DNA from: Gemmatimonadota bacterium
GTDB taxonomy: Bacteria; Gemmatimonadota; Gemmatimonadetes; Palauibacterales; Palauibacteraceae
Direction of reading: 5' to 3'
DNA: 64,000 nucleotides
Assembly: GCA_965116475.1 (NCBI GenBank)
Contig: OZ220691.1
Coordinates: forward strand, 192,001 to 256,000
The translations under genes were made by a program, and so were the position numbers. The notes under the pieces are model-generated. The model ran no database searches and was not told the DNA's origin. It worked only from the letters and a program-made list of their open reading frames with translations. Each line of letters begins with the position of its first letter. Position 1 is the stretch's first letter. Positions 30,467 through 38,765 of this stretch are shown here, piece by piece.

Positions 30467-30976
30467 ATGTCCGTCTTGAGGCTCTTCTCCTCCGTCGCAT
30501 CCTGCGCTTCACGAGTCGGAGAAATACTCGCGGTAATGGCGGCCGCCTCCGTCGCCTTGAGTGCGGGGCGGTTGCGCCGAGGCGTTGCCGCAGGCCTCCT
30601 TCTCACGATGCTGACCCCCTTCGTACCGGCGGGGCATGTTCACGCGGAGGAGGACGAGCACAAGGTCGGCGACGGGCCCGCGATCGAAGCGAAGGCGGCA
30701 TCAGGCATCAACGGAGCGGCGACCGCCCAGGAGGGCGGCTGTCCCCCGTACATTTCGGGAGGTCCCGACAACCCCACCAATGGCGCCCGTACATTCGGCG
30801 CTTGTACGGATGTCCCGGTGCCGTATACCGCCGGCCTCATAAGCTGCGAGGTTTGTACCTGCTGGTACGAGATGCACGACGGCTCAACGGAGAATTTTTC
30901 GACGAGCGGCGGTTGCACTCCGACGATCAGGATTCAGGGGCCCGCTCCAGACCCCTGCACGGGGAACCACTGTTGA
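30467..30976 (+). CDS. Small secreted Cys-rich protein (8 Cys in the predicted mature part)
   Basis: GGGAGG RBS before ATG 30467 (alternative ATG 30536); signal-like RLRRGVAAGLLLTMLTPFVPAGHVHA; stop overlaps the next TTG start. Confidence 0.7.
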   Translation: MSVLRLFSSVASCASRVGEILAVMAAASVALSAGRLRRGVAAGLLLTMLTPFVPAGHVHAEEDEHKVGDGPAIEAKAASGINGAATAQEGGCPPYISGGPDNPTNGARTFGACTDVPVPYTAGLISCEVCTCWYEMHDGSTENFSTSGGCTPTIRIQGPAPDPCTGNHC

Positions 30977-32049
30977 GTGGCATCAGTGGAGCAGGCGCGT
31001 CTGTCCTCCGCCGGCGGCTCGGCCTCGTCGCGATGGCGGCGTTGACGACCTGGGCGTGCGGCGACGGGGGCGCCGACAGGCCGCTTGATGTTGATTCGAG
31101 CAGGCAGGTAGCGGTGAGGGAGCTGGCGCAGGAACTGCCGCCCGCAGGCCTCCTTTCGGACGACCTCTTCCTGGAGACGGCCCGAGGGTTCGATCTGTTT
31201 GGAGACACGGTCGCGGTTGCGGACCGCATGGCGGGGCGGGTCCAGTTGTTTCGCGCGTCGGGGGAGCATATCGCGACCTTGGGCGGCCCGCTGGGGCCGG
31301 GGGATCCCGAGATCCTTGAGTCCCCCTGGCGCGTCCAATTCGCGCCCGATGGCGCATTATGGGTCGGCGATCCCGGGCGGGCAGCGCTCGTACGGTTTCC
31401 TTCCGGAGGCGGCGAGCCGCAGGCCGCACGGCTTCCGGGAGCGGCGGTGGCGACGACCGTTGGATTCGGGGTCGACCATGTCCTCGGCGCCATCGGGCTC
31501 AGCGCCCAACCGGGTTTTCTGCTTGCGGTGTACGGGTTGGCGGACGGGTCCCTGAACATCCCGAACGAAGTTCCGCTTCCCGAGGAGTTGGCGTTTAGTC
31601 CGATAGACCGAATAAGCGCCCAGCATGTCATGATGTCGGTCGGACGGGAGGGGGAGGTGATCCTCCTCGACGGGGTGCGGACGACCCTGTGGCGAATCGA
31701 GCTGGAATACGATCCGCCCAGGATCGTCCGTGTCTCCCGCCTCGCGGTACCCGATTGGCTGGTTCGGAGCACGCGGGCCGAGATGGAGCGGCGCGTCGAG
31801 GGCCGTCCCGGCGTCAGTGCGCCCGGGTTCAAGGATATGCGGGCCGACAAGCGGGGGGTGTGGCTCGTCCCGGCGATCGATCCGGTGGACGGAGTATTCC
31901 TGCCCTACGAGGAGGATGGCCGGGCCACCGTGTTGTGGCGCGATCCGCAGCGCCGGGAGGCTTGGAGCAGCCGCATCCTGGACGACGATACGGCTTGGCT
32001 AATGTTCCCGGAGAGTCTCATGCGGTTCACTGTCGCCGAGGGAGGCTGA
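30973..32049 (+). CDS. Putative 6-bladed beta-propeller (NHL-like) lipoprotein
   Basis: RRRLGLVAMAALTTWAC lipobox-like segment; NHL-like blades VAVADRMAGRVQLF...GEHIATLG and PDGALWVGDPG. Confidence 0.72.
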   Translation: MSGISGAGASVLRRRLGLVAMAALTTWACGDGGADRPLDVDSSRQVAVRELAQELPPAGLLSDDLFLETARGFDLFGDTVAVADRMAGRVQLFRASGEHIATLGGPLGPGDPEILESPWRVQFAPDGALWVGDPGRAALVRFPSGGGEPQAARLPGAAVATTVGFGVDHVLGAIGLSAQPGFLLAVYGLADGSLNIPNEVPLPEELAFSPIDRISAQHVMMSVGREGEVILLDGVRTTLWRIELEYDPPRIVRVSRLAVPDWLVRSTRAEMERRVEGRPGVSAPGFKDMRADKRGVWLVPAIDPVDGVFLPYEEDGRATVLWRDPQRREAWSSRILDDDTAWLMFPESLMRFTVAEGG

Positions 32050-32053
32050 CCTT

Positions 32054-32761
32054 TCATCGGATCGCGGGGGAGCCGAGGAGGTCGGCGCGGCCCTCGATGT
32101 CGAGGAGGGCGCGCTTGTAGCGGAGTCCGCCGGTGTATCCGCCCAGCGTCCGGTCGGCCCGGACGACCCGGTGGCACGGCACGATGATCGGGATCGGATT
32201 GCGGCCGAGCGCATTGCCCACCGCGCGCGATGCTCTTGGACGGCCGATGCGCCGGGCGATGTCGGTGTACGTCACCGTCTCGCCGAACTCGAGTCCGGAG
32301 GCGGCGTTCAGTACGGCGCGCTGAAAGTCGCCCAGTTCCGTGAGGTCGACGGAGAGATCGAAGCGAGGGCGGCGACGGCCGAAGTACTCCGTAAGCTGCG
32401 CTTCCGCGGGCGCGAGCAGGTCGGAGTCGCACACCACGGGCGTCGACGGATGCCGGCGCTCGAGACCGGCGAGGAACGCGCCGTCGCTCTCGTCCTGCCA
32501 TGAGAGCGCGACCAGGCCGGCCGCGCTCGACGCGATGCGCATGGCACCAAACGGAGAACCGAAGCGGTGCCAGCGGATGACCGGGCCACCCCGGAGGCCC
32601 TCCGCGGTGCGATGCAGCATCCGGTATTCCACCGCGCGCTCCCGACAGACGGGGCACGCCGCCATGCGTTCGGCGAGTTTCCGGGCGGCGTCCGCATCCG
32701 GATCGCCCAGGACCCAGGCGAGTACGTCTTCTTCGTGACAGGTCGCGCAACGTCGCGTCAT
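32054..32761 (-). CDS. ogt: Methylated-DNA--protein-cysteine methyltransferase with N-terminal Cys-rich (anti-sigma-like) domain
   Basis: RAVGNALGRNPIPIIVPCHRVV active site. N-terminus CATCHEE...RMAACPVC. ATGA overlap with the upstream sigma gene. Confidence 0.9.
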   Translation of the reverse strand: MTRRCATCHEEDVLAWVLGDPDADAARKLAERMAACPVCRERAVEYRMLHRTAEGLRGGPVIRWHRFGSPFGAMRIASSAAGLVALSWQDESDGAFLAGLERRHPSTPVVCDSDLLAPAEAQLTEYFGRRRPRFDLSVDLTELGDFQRAVLNAASGLEFGETVTYTDIARRIGRPRASRAVGNALGRNPIPIIVPCHRVVRADRTLGGYTGGLRYKRALLDIEGRADLLGSPAIR

Positions 32762-33309
32762 AGCGGCCCCTCCTCGCGCCACACCTCGGCGAGGTCGCGG
32801 CGCAGCTTCTTCATTCCCTGGTAGACGTTGGCGCGGGCGGCTTCGGACGTGCAGCCCAGCCGGTTGGAGATCGTCGCGTAGTCCATCTCTTCGATCCAGC
32901 GGAGCCAGACGGCGTCCCGCTGCCGGCGGGGGAGCGCCGCGACACCCTTCCGGACGCGCGCCACGGCGGCCTCGGAGAGCCGATCCAGCGCCGCATCGGC
33001 CGCCGCAGCCGCGGCAACGGTGCCGGACCTCAACTCGTCGGAGTGGGCCGTGAGCAACGCCGCGCGCCGGCGCCTCATGGCGAGGTGGTCGAGCGCCCGC
33101 CGCGTCACCACCCGGTACAGCCAGGCACGGATGTTGGAGGCGTCCCCCGTCTCGGGCCGGGCACGGATCGCCGTCATCCACAGGTCCTGCACGATGTCCC
33201 GGGCCTCGTCCGCGTTGCCCAGCATCGCGGCCACATGGCGCTGCAATTCAGGCCCGTATCGCTCGGACCAGCGCCGCACCCCGTGTGCCGACTCCGTGCC
33301 TGTGGTCAT
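32758..33309 (-). CDS. ECF RNA polymerase sigma factor
   Basis: Region 2 (EARDIVQDLW...IRAWLYRVV) and region 4 (LPRRQRDAVWLR...YATISNRLG...ARANVYQGMKKLR); 183 aa. Confidence 0.9.
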   Translation of the reverse strand: MTTGTESAHGVRRWSERYGPELQRHVAAMLGNADEARDIVQDLWMTAIRARPETGDASNIRAWLYRVVTRRALDHLAMRRRRAALLTAHSDELRSGTVAAAAAADAALDRLSEAAVARVRKGVAALPRRQRDAVWLRWIEEMDYATISNRLGCTSEAARANVYQGMKKLRRDLAEVWREEGPL

Positions 33310-33531
33310 CTGCCTCGGATCCGCCTTTCAACCCTTGCCAGCGCTCGTTCTCGCTCCTTACAACGTATCGCCCCGGAAACCGTGAAAACGGGCGCGCACC
33401 ACAGGCCGTGCCGCAACTGGCCACGCGAACGCGTGAATCGTACCGTGTGGGCCCGCGACCCACCCGGGCCTGAAGAGCACAGCGGCGGCGGGCGCGCCGT
33501 CCGACATCCAATCCGCAGAACCGAGGCTCCC

Positions 33532-34683
33532 TTGAAATCAGCACATATCGGACCCGTATCGTCCCCGACCCGCATCGCGGTCTCGTTCGCGGCCGCGTTC
33601 CTTGCGACGGCCTGCGCCGCCGACGCCGGAGAGGAAGCCGATGCCGCCACCAATCAGAACGGCATGGAGGACGGCGCCGAGAACGCCGCCGTGATGCACG
33701 ACCCGCTGCCGGAAGAGCGGCGATTCGCCAGCCTCGCCCAACTCACCTTCGAGGGGGAGAACGCCGAAGCGTACTACTCCTCGGACGGGCAGCGCCTGAT
33801 CTTCCAGCGCCGGCACGAGGGCGAGTACGAGTGCGACCAGATCTTCACCATCGGCGTCGAGGGCGGTGAGCGGAATCTCGTCTCGACGGGCCTGGGGCGG
33901 ACCACCTGCTCCTACTTCTTCCCGGACGACTCGCGGATCGTCTACAGCTCCACGCATCATGTGGCGCCCGAGTGTCCTCCGCCGCCCGACATGCGGCGCG
34001 GATACGTATGGGCGCTGTACGACTTCGACATCTACACGGCGAACCCGGACGGTTCCGACGTCCGGACGATCTTCTCGAGTCCCGGTTACGACGCGGAGGC
34101 GACCCTCGCTCCGGACGGTTCGCGGATCGTCTTCACCTCCACGCGCGACGGAGACCTGGACATCTACACGATGAATCCCGACGGCTCCGACGTCCGGCAG
34201 CTCACGAACGAACCCGGATACGACGGCGGGCCCTTCTTCTCCCCCGACGGATCGAAGATCGTGTACCGGGCGAGGTACCCCGAGAGCGCGGAGGAACTCG
34301 CGGACTACCAGGCGCTCCTGGCCGACGGTCTCGTCCGTCCCGGCGTGCTCGACATCTACGTGATGGACGCGGACGGCTCGAACCGGGTGCGCCTCACGGA
34401 CAACGGGGCCGCGAACTTCGCCCCCTTCTTCCACCCGAGCGGCGAGAAGGTGATCTTCGCTTCGAACCTGCACGAGGACGATCCCCGCAGCCGCAATTTC
34501 GACCTCTTTCTCGTGAACCTGGACGGGACGGGGCTGGAGCAGGTGACGTTCAGCGAGGAGTTCGAGAGCTTCCCCATGTTCAGCCCGGACGGCCGTTATC
34601 TCGTGTTCGGATCGAACCGGCACGGGTCCCACGAGGGCAACACGAACATCTTCATCGCCGAGTGGATCGACGACCTGCCCTGA
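33532..34683 (+). CDS. TolB-like WD40/PD40 repeat lipoprotein
   Basis: FLATAC lipobox; repeated SPDGSRIVF/SPDGSKIVY/HPSGEKVIF/SPDGRYLVF blades. TTG start uncertain. Confidence 0.87.
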   Translation: MKSAHIGPVSSPTRIAVSFAAAFLATACAADAGEEADAATNQNGMEDGAENAAVMHDPLPEERRFASLAQLTFEGENAEAYYSSDGQRLIFQRRHEGEYECDQIFTIGVEGGERNLVSTGLGRTTCSYFFPDDSRIVYSSTHHVAPECPPPPDMRRGYVWALYDFDIYTANPDGSDVRTIFSSPGYDAEATLAPDGSRIVFTSTRDGDLDIYTMNPDGSDVRQLTNEPGYDGGPFFSPDGSKIVYRARYPESAEELADYQALLADGLVRPGVLDIYVMDADGSNRVRLTDNGAANFAPFFHPSGEKVIFASNLHEDDPRSRNFDLFLVNLDGTGLEQVTFSEEFESFPMFSPDGRYLVFGSNRHGSHEGNTNIFIAEWIDDLP

Positions 34684-34812
34684 TCGACGACCTGTCTGGC
34701 GGTCCGTGGCCGCCCGTGACCGACATCGCCCGTGGGCCGTCTAGTCTCTGAAGACAGTCCCGGCGGCGAACCGGCCGCCCGGGGCGGAGACCGGAAGACA
34801 CGGGAGCTTGGG

Positions 34813-36954
34813 ATGCGGTTCGCAAACGCGACAGGAAACTCTGGAGCCCCCTGGCGGTTGCGGGGCCGGCGGCGGGTGTGGGCGGTCGGGGTGGCATGGG
34901 GCGTCTCGTTCGCCGCGCCCCCGGTCTCCGCTCAGGAGGCGGAGGTCCCGATCGATTACGACGCCGCGATCGCGCAGAACGGGATCGAGGGCAGCTACGG
35001 ATATCTGCGCGCGCTGGACGGGTCCGCGACGCTCATTCAAGGGGACACCCGCGAGCGCGTCCAGCTCGCCGTGAACGAGCCCGTCCTCGTCGGCGACCGG
35101 ATCTTCGCGTCCGGCGAATCGCGCGTCGAGATTGCGCTCGCCGATGGCAACCTCGTCCGGATCGGGGATCGGGCGGAACTTGTCTTCCGCGCGCTCGCCA
35201 ACTCCGCGGATACGAGCGATCCCGCCTCCATTCTCGAACTCGCGCGCGGGTCGCTTCAGCTTCTGGTGGCCGCGAACCCACCGGGGGCCGAATGGCCCTC
35301 CATCATCACCCCGAACGGGACGATCCGGCCGCGGGGAGCCGGCTCCTTCCTGATCGTCGTCGACGACGAACGCCGTAGCGAGGTCGTCGTGCGCGAAGGC
35401 GTGGCGGAGGTCACGACAGAGACGGAACTCGCCGAGGTTCGGCGCGGGGAGAGCCTCTTCGTCGAGGGTGTGCGAGGGGACCGGCTCCGCTTCGCGGCGG
35501 CCCCGAATCTCGATGGTCTGGAGGCGTGGGGCCAGGGGCTCGGCGACTACGCGGGCGGGGAATACACCGCTCATGTGGACCCGGACCTCCACTACGCGGC
35601 GTCTTCGCTCGGAGGGCACGGGTCGTGGGTCCATGTCGACGCGGGGGTCGCCTGGCGTCCGCGGGTGTCGACGGGCTGGGCGCCGTACCGGCACGGGCGG
35701 TGGCGACACACGCCGAGCGGGATGTTCTGGGTCTCGTACGAACCGTGGGGCTGGGTGCCCTACCACTACGGGTACTGGGACCTCGATCCCGACTGGGGCT
35801 GGATCTGGTTCCCGGGCCGGAGTTTCGCCGTCGCGCACGTGTACTGGTACTGGGGCCCGAGCTACGCGGGCTGGATTCCCTCGGGATACTACTGGCGCCA
35901 CTACCGGAACTATTACGGGAGCAGCTGGGGCTTCCACTTCGGGGTCTACGGGCACATCGGGGGCGGCTTCGGGCGCTATCGGCACTGGACCTTCCTGCCG
36001 CACGGGCGCCTCGGACACCGGCGACAGCACTTTTACTCGGTGGGCGGTTCGGACTTCGGTCGCGGGCGGAGGGCGGTCGAGCGCGGCGTGCTGCTGACGG
36101 ACTCCCGCCTGCTCGGGCGCCAGGCGCAACGGCGACCCGCGCAGACGCTCGCAAGCCTCAGGCGCGCGGTGGCCCGTGACGGGAGAACGGCCGTCGATGC
36201 GAACGGCTTCATCGATCGCGGCACGAACCTGCCGCGTGAAGTCGAACGCGTGGTGCTGCGAGGGCGCGATGGCCGGTCGGCCCGCCCGCGCGACGCGACG
36301 GCCGGGGCGCGGAGCGACCCCTCGCGGGCGACCGGCGCGCCACCGGTACGCGTTACCACGCGGTCGGCGGAGGGCGGCACCGTGCGGCTGGAGCGGCCCG
36401 GAGTGCAGCGAGCGACGCGACCCGGCGTCCAGCGGGCGACGACGCGGACCGGCGTGCAACGGACGACGCCGCCCGCGTCCGAGACCGGCGCCCGCGCGGC
36501 GATCCGGCGGCCCACGACACGGGATGTTTCCGGCGGCGCGAGACGTCCCGCCGTGCGACCCTCGATACGGTCGGGTTCCGGCGGCGTACAGCGCGCATCC
36601 CCGCGGAGGGGCGACGACGGCGTCCGCCGGATCGTCCGTCCGCGGACGGCCCGGGAGCAGCCGGCCGTTCGGCCTACGACGGCGAGGCCGTCCCGGCCGG
36701 TCCTGCGACGTCCGCCGTCGACGACGAGACCCGTGATCCGGCAATCCATCCCGCGGTCACCGCGGCCCGCGGTGCGCCCCCCCGGCTCGTCAAGGTCGAG
36801 CGGCACCGTCAGAAGATCCGGCAGCGGGTCCCGGTCCGGAGGCGCGGTCCGCCGCTCCAGCGGCAGCTCCCGATCCGGGGGCGCGGTCCGCCGCTCCAGT
36901 GGCAGTTCGCGGTCGACCGGTGCGGCCCGCGCCCGCGGCCGGTCCGGGGGTTAG
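34813..36954 (+). CDS. FecR-like + DUF6600-like secreted protein with Arg/Ser-rich disordered tail
   Basis: N-terminal GDRIF...SRVEIALADG..VRIG FecR-like region; W/Y-rich WAPYRHGRW...EPWGWVPYHYGYW; low-complexity C-terminus. Confidence 0.8.
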   Translation: MRFANATGNSGAPWRLRGRRRVWAVGVAWGVSFAAPPVSAQEAEVPIDYDAAIAQNGIEGSYGYLRALDGSATLIQGDTRERVQLAVNEPVLVGDRIFASGESRVEIALADGNLVRIGDRAELVFRALANSADTSDPASILELARGSLQLLVAANPPGAEWPSIITPNGTIRPRGAGSFLIVVDDERRSEVVVREGVAEVTTETELAEVRRGESLFVEGVRGDRLRFAAAPNLDGLEAWGQGLGDYAGGEYTAHVDPDLHYAASSLGGHGSWVHVDAGVAWRPRVSTGWAPYRHGRWRHTPSGMFWVSYEPWGWVPYHYGYWDLDPDWGWIWFPGRSFAVAHVYWYWGPSYAGWIPSGYYWRHYRNYYGSSWGFHFGVYGHIGGGFGRYRHWTFLPHGRLGHRRQHFYSVGGSDFGRGRRAVERGVLLTDSRLLGRQAQRRPAQTLASLRRAVARDGRTAVDANGFIDRGTNLPREVERVVLRGRDGRSARPRDATAGARSDPSRATGAPPVRVTTRSAEGGTVRLERPGVQRATRPGVQRATTRTGVQRTTPPASETGARAAIRRPTTRDVSGGARRPAVRPSIRSGSGGVQRASPRRGDDGVRRIVRPRTAREQPAVRPTTARPSRPVLRRPPSTTRPVIRQSIPRSPRPAVRPPGSSRSSGTVRRSGSGSRSGGAVRRSSGSSRSGGAVRRSSGSSRSTGAARARGRSGG

Positions 36955-36964
36955 TCCACCGGGG

Positions 36965-37534
36965 TCAGGGGTCCGGCCACACGGCCGGATCCCGCGCCAT
37001 CTCGGGCTCCGGTTCGACGCCGAGCGCCTCGACCATGCGGACGTAGTAGTTGAAGAAGCCGACCACCTCGGTCGCGGTGAGGATCTGCGCGTCGGTCCAG
37101 CCGACCTCCCGTAGCTCGTCGATGTCCCGCCGCCCGGTGGAGGTCGGCTCACGCGTGATCGCCACCGCATAGTCCATCAGCCGGCGCGTCTTCTCGTCGA
37201 GCCGGGCCGTGCGGTAGTCGGTACGGATCGCGCGGGCCAGCTCAGCGTCTCCGGTGGCCTGACGGAGATCCTCTCCGTGCGCCTCCGTTCAGTAGAAGCA
37301 GTCGAGTTCGCGCGAGGTCACGGTCGCGAGCATCTCCCGCACGTCCCGCCCCAGCGGTCCCGGCGCCAGCATCAACGCCTCGTAGAGCCGGATCGAGGCG
37401 CGCATGACGGGCGGGTTCAGGCTCTGGATGCCGATCACGTTGAAGACGCGCCCGGCGCGGCGGACGGCCTTCTCGTACTCGCGGGCGAGGAGCCCCTTCG
37501 CTTCGTCGGGAGCTACCGTCTCGATATGCGGCAT
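36965..37534 (-). CDS. AhpD/carboxymuconolactone decarboxylase-like peroxidase-related protein, probable selenoprotein (Sec at codon 82)
   Basis: ORFs 37289..37768 and 36965..37177 are in one frame, joined by TGA (37289-37291) in ELDCFY-U-TEAH. AGGAGG RBS at ATG 37534. C-terminal LREVGWTDAQI...GFFNYYVRMVEALG. Confidence 0.85.
37262..37278 (-). promoter_or_regulatory. Putative bacterial SECIS hairpin
   Basis: mRNA reads UGA, a 10-nt spacer, then ACGGAGA-GGA-UCUCCGU (7-bp stem, G-containing loop). Confidence 0.7.
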
Positions 37535-37595
37535 TTCGCCTCCTGTGGACGATGGATCCGAGGTGCGAATCGGCTCATCGGCGGCCGCGGCTCCC

Positions 37596-38624
37596 TCAGC
37601 GGACGAGGAAACCGTCCCGCCACGGATCCTCCGGATCGACGAGGAACTCGTGGCGGCCCGTGACCCACGCCCGGCCACCCACCTCCGGCACGACCGCCGG
37701 ATGACCGCCGACGGTCGTCGTGTCCACGATCCGTCCGCTGAACCGGCCGCCGATGATGCTCTCGACAACGATCTCCGCGTCCCCGAGGATCTCGCCCCGG
37801 GCGCGAAGGATGGCCAGACGGCCGCTCACGGCGGTCCCGGTCGGGCTGCGGTCGAGTTCTCCGTCCGCGAAGATGCAGACGTGCCGCGAGTGGTGTGCGG
37901 CATCGGCCGCCGCGCCCGTGAACACGGTGCCGTAGAGAAAGCCGAGATCGGGATCGTCCGGATGAGAGATGTCGCCGGCGGCGGACGAAGACACCGCGCG
38001 CGTGATCCGGCGCCCCGCGTCGATGAGGTCGGCCGCGCAGCCGGGGGTGAGGGAGAGCCCGAGGGCGTCCGCATCGACGTAGGCATAGAACGCGCCGCCG
38101 AACGCGAGGTCGTACGGCACCTTGCCCAGCCCCTCGACCTCGACGGCCCGCTCCAGCGCGGGCGCGAAGGAGGGCACGTTGAGGAACCGGACCTCGCGGA
38201 CCCGTTCGCCGTCCAGGATGGCGGTGGCGCGTACGAGTCCGGCCGGCGTGTCGATCGTCACGGGCCGCTCCCTCCCCGATCCGTCGATCCAGCCGGCTTC
38301 GGCGGCGATCTTCGCCACGCCGATGATCCCGTGACCGCACATGGTCGAATAGCCCTCGTTGTGCATGAACAGGACGGAGAAGTCCGATCCGGGCCGCACG
38401 GGCGGCATCACGAGGCAGCCGTACATGTCCGCATGCCCACGCGGTTCCCACATGAGGGCGCGGCGGAGTTCGTCGTGCTCCGCCCGCGCGACGCGACGCC
38501 GTGCGAGGACCGTGTCTCCATCCAACTCCGGGAAACCCGCCACGATGACGCGGAGCGGCTCTCCCTCGGTGTGGGCATCGATCGTCTCGATGCGAAGCCA
38601 GTGTTCGGGCGCGGTCCAGATCAT
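37596..38624 (-). CDS. Proline racemase family, Cys/Thr type (trans-3-hydroxy-L-proline dehydratase-like)
   Basis: DAHTEGEP, EPRGHADMYG, YSTMCGHG and DRSPTGT (Thr in place of the second Cys). Confidence 0.88.
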   Translation of the reverse strand: MIWTAPEHWLRIETIDAHTEGEPLRVIVAGFPELDGDTVLARRRVARAEHDELRRALMWEPRGHADMYGCLVMPPVRPGSDFSVLFMHNEGYSTMCGHGIIGVAKIAAEAGWIDGSGRERPVTIDTPAGLVRATAILDGERVREVRFLNVPSFAPALERAVEVEGLGKVPYDLAFGGAFYAYVDADALGLSLTPGCAADLIDAGRRITRAVSSSAAGDISHPDDPDLGFLYGTVFTGAAADAAHHSRHVCIFADGELDRSPTGTAVSGRLAILRARGEILGDAEIVVESIIGGRFSGRIVDTTTVGGHPAVVPEVGGRAWVTGRHEFLVDPEDPWRDGFLVR

Positions 38625-38765
38625 TGTGAACTCCTCGGTGAGACGGTGGCCCCCGTCGACGGGATCGTCGTATGCTGGCGTCGCTGATCTTACGCCCCGT
38701 CGCCGAAGTCCGCTCCGGAGACGGTTCGCCGCGCCGCACGATGATCGATCGTCAGGGGAGAAGGC

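Noticed and set aside
36965-37534. Pseudogene or two-small-gene reading of the AhpD locus
   Set aside because: The stop is UGA at the catalytic Cys position with a SECIS-like hairpin and intact coding sequence on both sides, so Sec read-through fits better.
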